Positions 8,830 to 17,809 of a stretch of 18,596 bases of DNA are shown piece after piece; within the stretch, counting starts at the first letter, position 1; every line of letters starts with the position of its first letter. This DNA comes from Candidatus Altimarinota bacterium. Lineage in GTDB: Bacteria; Patescibacteriota; Gracilibacteria; JBDHUY01. The stretch is taken from contig JBDHUY010000025.1 of the NCBI GenBank assembly GCA_039809385.1, positions 1 to 18,596 of the forward strand, given 5' to 3'. A program made the translations under genes and the position numbers. A model generated the notes under the pieces. The model saw only the letters and a program-made list of their open reading frames with translations, searched no databases and was not told the DNA's origin.

Positions 8830-9399
8830 ATGGCCGAACAAGAAACGGACGATTTAGTTCAAGAAAATGAGGAGACACTTGTACCGCCTCCTCCTGTGGT
8901 ACTAAAATTCCCTGATGATGTTTTTCGTCGAATCGCTGCTTTGCTCAAAGCAAAAGATCCTGCACTTCGTGTCGGCGACCTTCTGATACACGATACAACC
9001 GGTCATGTCTATAAGATTGTTGGATTTACTCAATCCGGTTATGTCAGGATGGTTGACCCACAGAGTATGGATCCGAATATGGAATGTATCTCTTCAAATA
9101 TTCATGCTTATCGACGTCTTACCCAAGACGAGGTACAACGCTATATACATAACATCGTACAAAATTTGGTAGTGCAGCTACACTCTCTCCTTACAAATGG
9201 ACGTATGGAGATTGGCGGGGCGTTCCAAGTCTCTGTGACAAAGATCTGTGATACCCCCCCTACATTTCAAATTCTACAGGCAGGAGAAATCTTGAGCCAG
9301 TGTGATCTTCCTTTCGTAGAACAACTTTTACAGCAAGTGATCAGTGGTAGATCCGTAAATCCGAACGAGATTCTCTTCATCCACCCCTCCTCCCCCTGA
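8830..9399 (+). CDS. Hypothetical protein (189 aa)
   Basis: ORF with upstream promoter. LRVGDLLIHDTTGHVYKIVGF is reminiscent of a small SH3-like beta-barrel, which is not confirmed. Confidence 0.7.
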   Translation: MAEQETDDLVQENEETLVPPPPVVLKFPDDVFRRIAALLKAKDPALRVGDLLIHDTTGHVYKIVGFTQSGYVRMVDPQSMDPNMECISSNIHAYRRLTQDEVQRYIHNIVQNLVVQLHSLLTNGRMEIGGAFQVSVTKICDTPPTFQILQAGEILSQCDLPFVEQLLQQVISGRSVNPNEILFIHPSSP

Positions 9400-9464
9400 T
9401 TCGCTATTTTCAGTCCAACGAGAATCGGTTATACTGACAAACGTTCTTGGCTGTCATATTTCTT

Positions 9465-10610
9465 ATGCGTTTCCTAAAATCTTTATTCTTCGTTGCAGTC
9501 TTGCTGGTTGTCTTACTGCCGAAAACTTTGCCGCTCGTCCGGGCTCAAACGTCCGACACATGTTCGCTGGAGGAAGTCCAGAATACGGCGTTGCGAGTCA
9601 TCTACGACAATGGCGTCGATTGCCCCCTGCAGAGCGGCAAAAAATGTTTTCACGCCGGCGGATTCTGGAACCAGTTCTGGGTACGCGATACTTCGTATAG
9701 CAGCCTGATGGGACTGTGGAGTATCTACCCCGAAGAATTAAAAAATACGTTTATCGAATTGGTCTTGATGAACGGAAAGTCCGGCTATCCGGCTCAGGAC
9801 GGCGCCGCCGACTTTGGCCGGTTCCCCTACCAGACCGATAGTATCGTATGGGTCGTCGGCGCTTTCGAAACCGCCAAAATGACCAACGATCCGGTTTTTC
9901 GGAAATATGTCTACGAAGTAGCCAAAAAAATGTTGCCTGTCTGGAAAACCGCCAGCGATTCCGGGGACGGACTCCTCTTCGGCGCAGCCTCCTTTCTCGA
10001 TTCGTGGGCTTCCTACCCCGCCGACTGGCAGGGCCAAAAAAAACGATTCCGGGAGAATAAATTCTTATCTACAAACGTCTTGTGGCTACGGTTCAACGAA
10101 ATAATCCTGTACGAAGGAAAGTATTTCGGAGACACCTCCGAAAACGAATTTCAAAGCCGCCAATCCGCTCTTGCCGGTATGCTGCAAACTCTCAACGATC
10201 ACTTTTACGATTCCACAAAAGGCTTTTACCTGTACTATCCGGATTCCGATCGCTATGAAGGTCTCGGCAACGCCCTGATGGAACGTTTCGGGTATAACGT
10301 TTACCCGATCAACCATCCCAAAACCGCCGAAGGTTTTTACCCGGCGCTCTTCCCTTCCTACCAGGTCAATATCCCCGGAAATTGGTACAGCCGCACCGAT
10401 CAACACATCTGGGTCGATGCCTTGCTTGCCACGTTACTCCGCGAAAATCCGGACAGTTTTTGCACCCGCTACCGTCCTTTGGTTCTGGCTTACGACGATA
10501 TCAAGGAGCTTATCGTGGGAGGCGAAATGCTGGGAGGAACTCATCAGCTATGGGCCGCGGTTGGCCTGCAGGGTTATATTTCGAGTTTGCAGAAAACTTC
10601 TTCGAATTGA
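9465..10610 (+). CDS. Secreted six-hairpin (alpha/alpha)6 glycoside hydrolase (GH63/GH78/amylo-alpha-1,6-glucosidase-like)
   Basis: Signal peptide (MRFLKSLFFVAVLLVVLLP...VRA), FWVRDTSYS (WxRD), TDSIVWVVGA, SFLD.W, LSTNVLW, C-terminal HQLWAAVG. Confidence 0.7.
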   Translation: MRFLKSLFFVAVLLVVLLPKTLPLVRAQTSDTCSLEEVQNTALRVIYDNGVDCPLQSGKKCFHAGGFWNQFWVRDTSYSSLMGLWSIYPEELKNTFIELVLMNGKSGYPAQDGAADFGRFPYQTDSIVWVVGAFETAKMTNDPVFRKYVYEVAKKMLPVWKTASDSGDGLLFGAASFLDSWASYPADWQGQKKRFRENKFLSTNVLWLRFNEIILYEGKYFGDTSENEFQSRQSALAGMLQTLNDHFYDSTKGFYLYYPDSDRYEGLGNALMERFGYNVYPINHPKTAEGFYPALFPSYQVNIPGNWYSRTDQHIWVDALLATLLRENPDSFCTRYRPLVLAYDDIKELIVGGEMLGGTHQLWAAVGLQGYISSLQKTSSN

Positions 10611-10913
10611 TTCGCTTCAGGAAGATTTTCGGTACTTCCTTTTCTTCCGGTTGTCCAATCTGATCCCGGATGCCCTGTCGTGGCGAGGCATGACCTGTCA
10701 CTTTGGCTTGTGCAGAGTCCGGAGTATTGCGTGGATGTGGAAATAGTATGTCGTTTCTTCAGAATGACTCATACTCTTACGTATTGCACACAAATCGGAA
10801 TTTTTTTCAAACGTTGGGAGCGAATCGTTGCAAACAGCCGCTTGAAATTTTGGACAAGCGCGCCGAAGGTATGAGATAATGATACGATACCTCGATTTTT
10901 TAGGCGCAGCCTT

Positions 10914-11429
10914 ATGCTCTATACCGATTTTTACAAAAAAATACGTACCTGTCCGTTTTGCGTGCGCGATCACAAAGTCATGGTCTCCTACGATACGGCC
11001 TATATTACCTATGCTCTGGCGCCGTACCATCCGCATCACTTGCTGGTTATCCCGCAGCGCCATGTTACCTCTTTCCTGCTCTTGGATGCAGAGGAATCCG
11101 AAGAGATTTCGGCATTACTGAGACTCTGCGTACGTATTCTTCACCAGCACGGCTATAAAGACTGCGCCATCATGGTCAAAGACGGTCAAAATGCCGGGAA
11201 AAGTATCCGGCATCTCCACTATCACGTCATTCCCAACGTTGTTTTGGGCGATATCGATCATAAAGGCGATGAAAGGCGCATCCTGAACAAAGCCGAAATC
11301 CGCCAGATCGTACGAGATATTCGTATATCTAAACAAAAACTTGATCAGCGCAGCAAGCACAAACCGGCGCGCGGTCGCACGCGGGTTCTTCCCGGGCATG
11401 TACGAAAATCTTCCGCCAAGAAGGTATAA
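10914..11429 (+). CDS. HIT family hydrolase
   Basis: CPFC, HLLVIPQRH, AGKSIRHLHYHVIP histidine triad; basic C-terminal tail. Confidence 0.92.
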   Translation: MLYTDFYKKIRTCPFCVRDHKVMVSYDTAYITYALAPYHPHHLLVIPQRHVTSFLLLDAEESEEISALLRLCVRILHQHGYKDCAIMVKDGQNAGKSIRHLHYHVIPNVVLGDIDHKGDERRILNKAEIRQIVRDIRISKQKLDQRSKHKPARGRTRVLPGHVRKSSAKKV

Positions 11430-11508
11430 TACTTCGTGCTTTTGAGTCTCTCTCCGTTTGCGTAAACAAGACGCCCGTGGTACAGTCAGCGAGTCCTTTG
11501 TAACCGCT

Positions 11509-12450
11509 ATGCCATCGCTCTTTCGTCGTAAAAAAAATACATTTCAGTCGGCTCTGGTACGCAAACACCGGGTATCCCACGAATTACGTAAAAAACGTAA
11601 GCGCTTTGTCCGTACCAAGCTTTTTTTAAGCAATATCCGTACCAAATTTCTGGCGGAATACAAATACATCATTGCCGGAGTAGCCTTTATTCTATTGGTG
11701 GGCGGCACGGTAGGATTGGTCTTTTTTTCGCACTACTTCGATATTGCGTATCTTGTGGTCGAGCGTTCCGGCCTCGAGACCAATACCATCCCGATCGAGC
11801 AAAAGCTTCAACCCTACCTGAAAAAAAATATTTTGCTGGTCGATCCCGCTGAAATCCGCAGCCAGGTCTTGTCGAGCTTTCCGGAATTACAGGAAGTTCT
11901 GGTAAGCCGTCTCTTACCGCGAACGATCAAAGTACAGGTAGCCGAATATGAACTCAAAGCCCGGGTAAAAACGCCCGCCAGTCCTGATCAGCTTTTTATC
12001 AACGAGATCGGTATGCTGCGCAACCTGAAATTCAAAAATGAATCGTTGCCGCTGATCGAATATCATAATCAGTACGACATCAAAGATGAAAAAATGCTCA
12101 AGGTGCTGTCGGGATTTTTGGCATTTCAGGATCGCAATATCATTATGGATCGGCAAGAGCTGGCGGTTATTTTACAAACCCGCAGCGATTTCGAACGCGA
12201 ATTCTCGCTTAAAGTCCCCTTGGTCGAATTTTATCCGCTGGAGCGCGAATTGCATCTGCATACTGAAAAGGGGTTCACTGTCTGGATCGATCTGGCCGAC
12301 AATGTGCCCGAACAAATGCAGAAACTCAAGGCCGCCCAGCAGGATTTCAATATCTACACGATTGAGTTGTCGTATATCGATCTGAGGATCAAACACAAAA
12401 TCATTTATTGTAGCAAAAACAGTGCTTGTACGCCGAAAGCAGCCAAGTAG
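11509..12450 (+). CDS. ftsQ: Cell division protein FtsQ/DivIB-like (POTRA domain)
   Basis: Basic cytoplasmic N-terminus, single TM, POTRA-like KNILLVD...FPELQEVLVSRLLPRTIKVQVAE, C-terminal YIDLR. ATG at 11509 preferred. Confidence 0.8.
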   Translation: MPSLFRRKKNTFQSALVRKHRVSHELRKKRKRFVRTKLFLSNIRTKFLAEYKYIIAGVAFILLVGGTVGLVFFSHYFDIAYLVVERSGLETNTIPIEQKLQPYLKKNILLVDPAEIRSQVLSSFPELQEVLVSRLLPRTIKVQVAEYELKARVKTPASPDQLFINEIGMLRNLKFKNESLPLIEYHNQYDIKDEKMLKVLSGFLAFQDRNIIMDRQELAVILQTRSDFEREFSLKVPLVEFYPLERELHLHTEKGFTVWIDLADNVPEQMQKLKAAQQDFNIYTIELSYIDLRIKHKIIYCSKNSACTPKAAK

Positions 12451-12487
12451 GAAGTACATTCTTCTTCTTTTTTGAAGACATTTTTAA

Positions 12488-12518
12488 AAAAGCTATCGAC
12501 AGTCGCTCGACAGCTTTT
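12488..12518. terminator. Putative bidirectional intrinsic terminator between convergent ftsQ and FKBP genes
   Basis: AAAAGCT-A-TCGA-(CAGTCGC)-TCGA-C-AGCTTTT stem flanked by A/T tracts. Confidence 0.55.
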
Positions 12519-12540
12519 CTTGTTTTTCAATCGGTCAGAT

Positions 12541-13134
12541 TTAGCGAACGTCCACCAATTCGAGTTCGAATACAAGCGGTGAGTTTGGTGGAATAATGCC
12601 TTGTCCTTGAGGTCCGTAAGCCATGTCGGACGGGATGGTAAGTTTGCGTTTTCCGCCGACCTTCATGCCGACGACTCCCAGATCCCAGCCTTTGATCACT
12701 CTGCCTACACCGATCTGTGTGGTAAAAGGATTGCCGCGATCATAGGAGCTGTCAAATTTGGTACCGTTTAGTAACGTTCCTTTATAGTGAATCGTAACTG
12801 TGTCACCGCTTTTAACCTCGCGGCCGGTTCCGACAGCTGTGTCTTCGATCTTTAGTTCGGTGATAGCAGCGTTGTTATCTGGTTGATTATTGTTTGAATT
12901 CATGATAGTGACATTACGATTTATATTGGAAACGGCATTCGTGTTATTGGTATTCCCTGTTGTTACTTCTCCCGTATACGGTACCTCCCCGGTATACAAT
13001 CCGTCTGTGACCGGATTGGACGGAACTGGTTTTTTGCCCGAAAATACGTTGATCCACAACATGATCCCGCCAACGATCAGCACAAGCAGGATGATTGAAG
13101 CGATGATGACTTCGATTTTGGCTTTGTTCGTCAT
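12541..13134 (-). CDS. FKBP-type peptidyl-prolyl cis-trans isomerase, membrane-anchored with an Asn/Thr-rich linker
   Basis: HYKGTLLNGTKFDSSYDR, VIKGWDLG, GGKRKLTIPSDMAYG, IPPNSPLVFELEL; N-terminal TM. Confidence 0.96.
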   Translation of the reverse strand: MTNKAKIEVIIASIILLVLIVGGIMLWINVFSGKKPVPSNPVTDGLYTGEVPYTGEVTTGNTNNTNAVSNINRNVTIMNSNNNQPDNNAAITELKIEDTAVGTGREVKSGDTVTIHYKGTLLNGTKFDSSYDRGNPFTTQIGVGRVIKGWDLGVVGMKVGGKRKLTIPSDMAYGPQGQGIIPPNSPLVFELELVDVR

Positions 13135-13405
13135 ATATACTGCGATAAAGGTAAAAGTCTGCTTTTAAAAACAGCCCCTGTAGAATATAACGGGGGGTAG
13201 TATTTAGCAAGAGTTCTCTGCTTGTCTGATTACGTTACGCTCCCAGTTGCGCTTTGAGTTCTGGTAGATCGATTTACTCCAGCTTTTTGCCCAACATCCG
13301 TTCCTGACTTGGTGAAGACTTGCATTCTTAATATACCGATACCATGCGCTGCATGCTTTTTCGCAAAGCTTCCGGGGGTCTTCTTTATAGAGAAAAAGTT
13401 CAGTC

Positions 13406-14110
13406 TCAAATTTCTGGTCCGGTAACCAGAGGATCTACCACTATAAAATTTCCTCCGCCAAAGCGGGTAATCTGTTTCCCAGTTTCCAATGCAGCCGCTT
13501 TTATATACTCATAGGGAGTATACATGTTGCCTTGGACGATCAGAAAAATATTCCGTGTTTTGGCTGTCACTTTGGTCTCTTCGCACTGCAGGACTTCCAT
13601 ACGGCAGATCACTCTTTTTCGATCCTGGTCCAGGTACGCATATTCATTGGCAAATACGGGAGTCGTAGAATGCTTGCCCAGCGGTATGAAATTTTCGTTT
13701 CCGGTTGTTGTTTTCAGTATCACGTTTCCTGAAAGCTTGTTTCTGTCATGAGCTCCCAGAGCAAGGCGGGTTTGCAGTGATATCAGATTATAAATATCCA
13801 CGACCGGATTGATTACTGGGAACCGTTCCTTTTCCAGCAGCAATCCCAGTAATACCTCGGGTGATGCTACATAGTCGCGGTTGCTGCGACCGATGAGACT
13901 GTGAAGTTTCCTGAATCCGGTCAAAACCGGATCGTCTTTGTATGCTTTTGCGCGGAAAGTTTCCCGTACGTCTCTCAGCACGTTCTCCCGATACGTGAGA
14001 AAATCGGCTTCCCGCTGGATACGGTTGTCTACTCCGTCGATACAAATTCCGACGACGCGGATGCCCATTTCTTGAATTTCCGGCGTGTTCTGAAAAGAAA
14101 AAGGATCCAT
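13406..14110 (-). CDS. Free-standing B3/B4 domain protein (PheRS-beta editing-domain-like)
   Basis: GFRKLH...YVASPEVLL, FPVINPVVDIYNLISL..RLALGAHD, EYAYLD, VICR, TKVT..TRNIFLIVQG. Confidence 0.85.
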   Translation of the reverse strand: MDPFSFQNTPEIQEMGIRVVGICIDGVDNRIQREADFLTYRENVLRDVRETFRAKAYKDDPVLTGFRKLHSLIGRSNRDYVASPEVLLGLLLEKERFPVINPVVDIYNLISLQTRLALGAHDRNKLSGNVILKTTTGNENFIPLGKHSTTPVFANEYAYLDQDRKRVICRMEVLQCEETKVTAKTRNIFLIVQGNMYTPYEYIKAAALETGKQITRFGGGNFIVVDPLVTGPEI

Positions 14111-14131
14111 GGGGGAGCATATTAGATCAAT

Positions 14132-14398
14132 TTATTTTCTTTTTCCGTAGAGCTGACTGTGTGTCCCCACAGCTACAAATTCGAGTCTCTCTTTTGTTTC
14201 GATAAGCTGGATTCTCCAATCTCCTGTAATAGAGAAAGAAGTATACCCTTCCAAGCTGCCTTTTAATTTGTGATAGCGTAATAAGGGATCATGCTTGTTC
14301 GCAAGAAACATTTTAATGCGTTCGGTTGTCTTCTCTTGCACTTCCTGGCGTAATCGATCGAATTGCTTTAAAAATGTCTTGGAATAAACAATCTTCAT
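14132..14398 (-). CDS. Type II TA toxin, RelE/YafQ-family mRNA interferase
   Basis: MKIVYSKTFLKQF, HKLKGSLEGY, SITGDWRI, VGTHSQLY; 4-bp ATGA overlap with the upstream antitoxin. Confidence 0.9.
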   Translation of the reverse strand: MKIVYSKTFLKQFDRLRQEVQEKTTERIKMFLANKHDPLLRYHKLKGSLEGYTSFSITGDWRIQLIETKERLEFVAVGTHSQLYGKRK

Positions 14399-14673
14399 CT
14401 GCGTTTTTGTAAAAAGTCTAGCGCTTGCCGGGGGTCTTCAAAGGAAACATAGTCTCCTTTTTTGATATCCTGCTTGTGATCTTTCATGATCTTAAGAAGG
14501 TGCGATGTCGGTTCTTCGTCGCCAAAAGAGAGTCGGACATTCTTGGCTTCGATAAATTGATACAGCAACATATTTAGAACGGCCGTGAGGTCGATTCCCA
14601 TTGCTTTGGCCCGTTTCATAGCTTCTTTTTTCATGCCGGAATGAGTTTTGAATTGTACGATAGCGTCGCGCAT
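14395..14673 (-). CDS. Type II TA antitoxin, RelB/DinJ family (RHH)
   Basis: IVQFKT...KKEA...AKAMGIDLTAVLNMLLYQF RHH pattern; C-terminal SFEDPRQALDFL; coupled to the toxin. Confidence 0.85.
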   Translation of the reverse strand: MRDAIVQFKTHSGMKKEAMKRAKAMGIDLTAVLNMLLYQFIEAKNVRLSFGDEEPTSHLLKIMKDHKQDIKKGDYVSFEDPRQALDFLQKRR

Positions 14674-14692
14674 ATAGTTCTTAGTATGATTA

Positions 14693-14717
14693 TTGTAATG
14701 ACATCAGTACTATAGCA
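14693..14717 (-). promoter_or_regulatory. Putative TA promoter (extended -10 TGCTATAGT) and RelB-type operator
   Basis: Minus-strand TGCTATAGT at 14717-14709, followed by pseudo-palindrome ATGTCATTACAA (14704-14693) 19 nt before the antitoxin ATG. Confidence 0.5.
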
Positions 14718-14837
14718 TACAAAAAAATCGGATAAAAGAAAAAAACCGTTTTGCAAACTGTTCTTTTTTCTGCGCCTCTGGGAAAATGACTGATTCCTTC
14801 TTACCCCTATAACGTTCTCTTTGGAGTCGAAAATTGC

Positions 14838-14928
14838 TGGCGGAAGGGGGGGGATTCGAACCCCCGCGAGGGAAAACCCTCCTACAGGTTTAGCAAACCC
14901 GCCTCTTCAGCCACTTGAGTACCCTTCC
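14838..14928 (-). tRNA. tRNA-Ser(GCT)
   Basis: GGAAGGG acceptor, anticodon loop TTGCTAA, long variable arm, GGTTCGAATCC, G73 and encoded CCA. Confidence 0.96.
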
Positions 14929-15180
14929 GTGCGTGGATTTTGGCTGAGCTTTTAGTCAAAGCAAGAAAGAGAGTATCGTGCTTTATGGCCTTTGTCAATT
15001 CGCATTTCCCGTCCCATTGAAGCGGGCGGAGTTCTTGAAAAATAGAAGAAAGCCTCCCGGCTCGGAGCGCAAGGGCGATTTTCGCTTGAAAAGGCCCAGC
15101 AAACACGCTACACTTCTTGACGCCAAGACTTCACGTTCCCCGTAAAACGTCCATTTCATTCTCTAATCTTCACTTATACT

Positions 15181-15345
15181 ATGGCTAAAGGCGCAGCAAC
15201 CATTACCTCCCTGTATTGTACCGTTTGCAATAAGCTCAACTACACAACCGAGCGCAATAAAAAAGAGGTTTCCAAACTGGAGCTCAACAAATACTGCAAC
15301 AAATGCCGCAAACATACTCCGCATAAGGGAAAAGACGCCAAGTAA
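15181..15345 (+). CDS. rpmG: 50S ribosomal protein L33 (zinc-binding C+ form)
   Basis: Hand translation MAKGAATITSLYCTVCNKLNYTTERNKKEVSKLELNKYCNKCRKHTPHKGKDAK*, 54 aa with two CxxC motifs; below the ORF-track cutoff. Confidence 0.95.
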   Translation: MAKGAATITSLYCTVCNKLNYTTERNKKEVSKLELNKYCNKCRKHTPHKGKDAK

Positions 15346-15481
15346 GTCTTGCCGGTAGTATTGAGATAGTCTTCCCGGATAGAGTTTTTCCCTCTCCGGA
15401 AGCCGGACGAATCAAAAACACAATTCTGCTGATACTCGTCTTCCGTTTACTTTCTCTCTATTCCTTACACCCCACTTTTTT

Positions 15482-17251
15482 ATGCGTACACGAACCTCGT
15501 TGTCCCTGGTTTTACTGGTTACGCTGGTTTTTTCCGGATGCAATTTATTCGGCGGCGGTCAAAACAAAGGTGCCGACGATCAGATGTCGCTCTTTGAAAA
15601 ACAAGTTCAGTCCCAGCAAAAGATCGTTCCCGAGAAGTTCTTTCCCAAAGATACATTAGCGGTCGTGGGGGTAAGTGTTAACGAGCCTGAAACAAAACAG
15701 AATCTTGAGCGCATCGTAGCTCAATTCCCGGGCGTGGAACAATTGAAAGAAGCTTTCTGGACCGGATTCCGTTCGTCGGGAAAAAATAATATGCAAGAAG
15801 CTGAGACTCTCATAAAGGAGCTTTGGAGCGAAACCGAACGGGTTACCGTCGGAGTCGCCTGGACGAGTCCCGAGGCCGAACCTACCGTATATGTCGCTCT
15901 GGTTTTGTCGAAGACCGACGCGGTCGGCAAAGTTGAGGCCGAAGCGCTCAAAAGCGGCGGTACCGAAGAAAATTTCAAGGATACCAAAATTCTGCAAAAT
16001 CCCGACAGTACCATCTTTGGCATGCTGAAAGGCGATATGTATGTAGTTTCCAATCAGAAAAAAGCGTTAACCGATTTGTATGATCGCGCAGCATCCGATT
16101 CTCTCTATAACGATTTTGACTATCGGAACTCGGTTTCAAAACTGGACCAGCCGCATTGGGTCTACGGATACGTACGATTTGCCCCGCTGATCTCGATGAT
16201 CAGTCAAAAAGTCAACGATCCCGAGGTACGCCGCGTCCTGGATACCGACAGTACCCGCATGCTCGATACCATGGCATTTAGTCTGGGAGCACAATCCGAC
16301 GGCGTCAGTCTGAAATTTTTCGGACGGGGCGACAAGGCCGTGATGGACCGGATCGGATATAAATTTTCCGATCTGAAAAATCCCAAAAACGAATTCTATC
16401 TTCTCTCCAAGATCCCCGCCCTTCAAACGGTCTGGTTGGAAGAAGCCTATAATCTGAAATCGGCATTTAAAATATCTTTTCGGGACAACCCTGCTTTTAC
16501 GCCCGAAATGCAGAGCAGTTTGATGGTGGCGCGACAGCAAATCGAAACGCTATCAGGCTTGGATCTGGAAAAGGACCTGTTGGATTTGTTCGGGAAAGGA
16601 GCGGCTTTTGCTTTCCAATACGACAGCGGTAATTTTATGCCCGCGATGACCGCCCTGATAGACGTATCCGATCATGAAACGAGTGCCAAAAAGATTACCG
16701 GTTTGATGGATCAGGGATTTTCCGCGCTAAAGGAACGTCTGGCGGCTTCGGGAGCTCCGACTACGTTTCTGGATGTATCGACCGACAAGCTAGGAAACAG
16801 TACCCTGGCCCTGGTATCGGTAAACCTGAATGCTTTCGTCGCCGGAAATCCCGGTATTCCGCCGGCGGCCAAAGATGTAATTGCCAAAATCAAAATCCAG
16901 TTCCGCTATGGGGTGACCGACGACAAACTCTTACTCCTGTCTACCATTGCCGATCTACCAACCCGACAAGGGAAAAACAGTGTTATGGACGAAGAGAATC
17001 TGAAAAAGGCGATGACCTATGTCGATGCGAAAGGAGCGGCCAATATCGTCTATTTTGACCTTTCCCACTTGCTGACCTATGTCGACGATATTGTCAATGT
17101 CGTCAACGATATAGAACCGATGTCCACTTCTGACCGGACTTCGTATGAGCGGGTTGTCAATGTCCTCAAGCCCATCCAGTACGCTATCTTTACCTCCCAG
17201 ACACAGGACTATGAGGTCGTATCCTCAGGTTTTGTCAAAATCGGGAAATAA
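15482..17251 (+). CDS. Large lipoprotein (DUF3352-like hypothetical)
   Basis: Lipobox LVFSG-C at residue 20. FFPKDTLAVV start and two internally similar beta-rich halves resemble DUF3352 proteins (family call tentative). Confidence 0.75.
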   Translation: MRTRTSLSLVLLVTLVFSGCNLFGGGQNKGADDQMSLFEKQVQSQQKIVPEKFFPKDTLAVVGVSVNEPETKQNLERIVAQFPGVEQLKEAFWTGFRSSGKNNMQEAETLIKELWSETERVTVGVAWTSPEAEPTVYVALVLSKTDAVGKVEAEALKSGGTEENFKDTKILQNPDSTIFGMLKGDMYVVSNQKKALTDLYDRAASDSLYNDFDYRNSVSKLDQPHWVYGYVRFAPLISMISQKVNDPEVRRVLDTDSTRMLDTMAFSLGAQSDGVSLKFFGRGDKAVMDRIGYKFSDLKNPKNEFYLLSKIPALQTVWLEEAYNLKSAFKISFRDNPAFTPEMQSSLMVARQQIETLSGLDLEKDLLDLFGKGAAFAFQYDSGNFMPAMTALIDVSDHETSAKKITGLMDQGFSALKERLAASGAPTTFLDVSTDKLGNSTLALVSVNLNAFVAGNPGIPPAAKDVIAKIKIQFRYGVTDDKLLLLSTIADLPTRQGKNSVMDEENLKKAMTYVDAKGAANIVYFDLSHLLTYVDDIVNVVNDIEPMSTSDRTSYERVVNVLKPIQYAIFTSQTQDYEVVSSGFVKIGK

Positions 17252-17412
17252 TAGAATTCTGGATCTTGGAATATAGCATCTTCTTGCTGCTTTAAAAAAT
17301 ACCAACGTCGGGTTCAGAGAAACTTTGGACCCGCTTTTCTGGCCTTTTGAATTTCTGATTTGGCATTTATTTCGTATTTCGGTATTCTGTTTTAGAATTT
17401 TTCTTTTACTGT

Positions 17413-17486
17413 AGGGTCGTCGTTCAACGGTAGGACTGCGGTCTCCAAAACCGCCAATCACGGTTCGAATCCGTGCGACCCTGCCA
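17413..17486 (+). tRNA. tRNA-Trp(CCA)
   Basis: AGGGTCG/CGACCCT acceptor, GCGGT-CTCCAAA-ACCGC anticodon arm, TTCGAAT T-loop, G73, CCA. Confidence 0.96.
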
Positions 17487-17501
17487 CGCCGCTTTCTCCG
17501 C

Positions 17502-17529
17502 TTGACTTTGAGAGCAGGCTCTTTAGAAT
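17502..17529 (+). promoter_or_regulatory. Putative sigma70 promoter for the downstream tRNA-CAT
   Basis: TTGACT (17502-17507), 16-nt spacer, TAGAAT (17524-17529). Confidence 0.55.
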
Positions 17530-17554
17530 GGATTTTGCTTTAGGTTACTTTTTC

Positions 17555-17630
17555 GGCAAGGTAGCTCAGCTAGTAGAGCACAGGATTCATAAACCTGCGG
17601 TCACGGGTGCAAATCCCGTCCTTGCCACCA
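17555..17630 (+). tRNA. tRNA with CAT anticodon (elongator Met, or Ile2)
   Basis: 76-nt cloverleaf GGCAAGG/CCTTGCC, loop TTCATAA, A73, CCA; non-canonical A18, G55 and A31-A39 mismatch. Confidence 0.88.
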
Positions 17631-17640
17631 GCAGACAGGG

Positions 17641-17668
17641 GTATAAAGTATTAGGTATCATGTATTAA
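17641..17668. repeat. Heptamer run GTATAAA GTATTAG GTATCAT GTATTAA
   Basis: GTAT every 7 bp, four times. Confidence 0.65.
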
Positions 17669-17809
17669 GGATGGGGCAAGTGAGTGTTACTACCCCGATA
17701 CTCCTTAAATGCCCCGGCTGAGATAGTTCTCTTGTTGTTTCGAGTCAAAATCAGTATACTAAGAATAATAGGTTTGAAATTTCGAAAGGTTGAACTATAG
17801 TTTTGTTGA

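Noticed and set aside
13205-13400. Possible pseudogene fragment (minus frame PEALRKSMQRMVSVY*...MLGKKLE*IDLPELKAQLGA*)
   Set aside because: Looks protein-like but I cannot assign it to any family; needs tBLASTn.
14882-15106. 74-aa ORF, and likewise ORFs 17225-17461, 17665-17886, 17910-18182
   Set aside because: They overlap tRNA genes or the GIY-YIG gene and are typical spurious frames.
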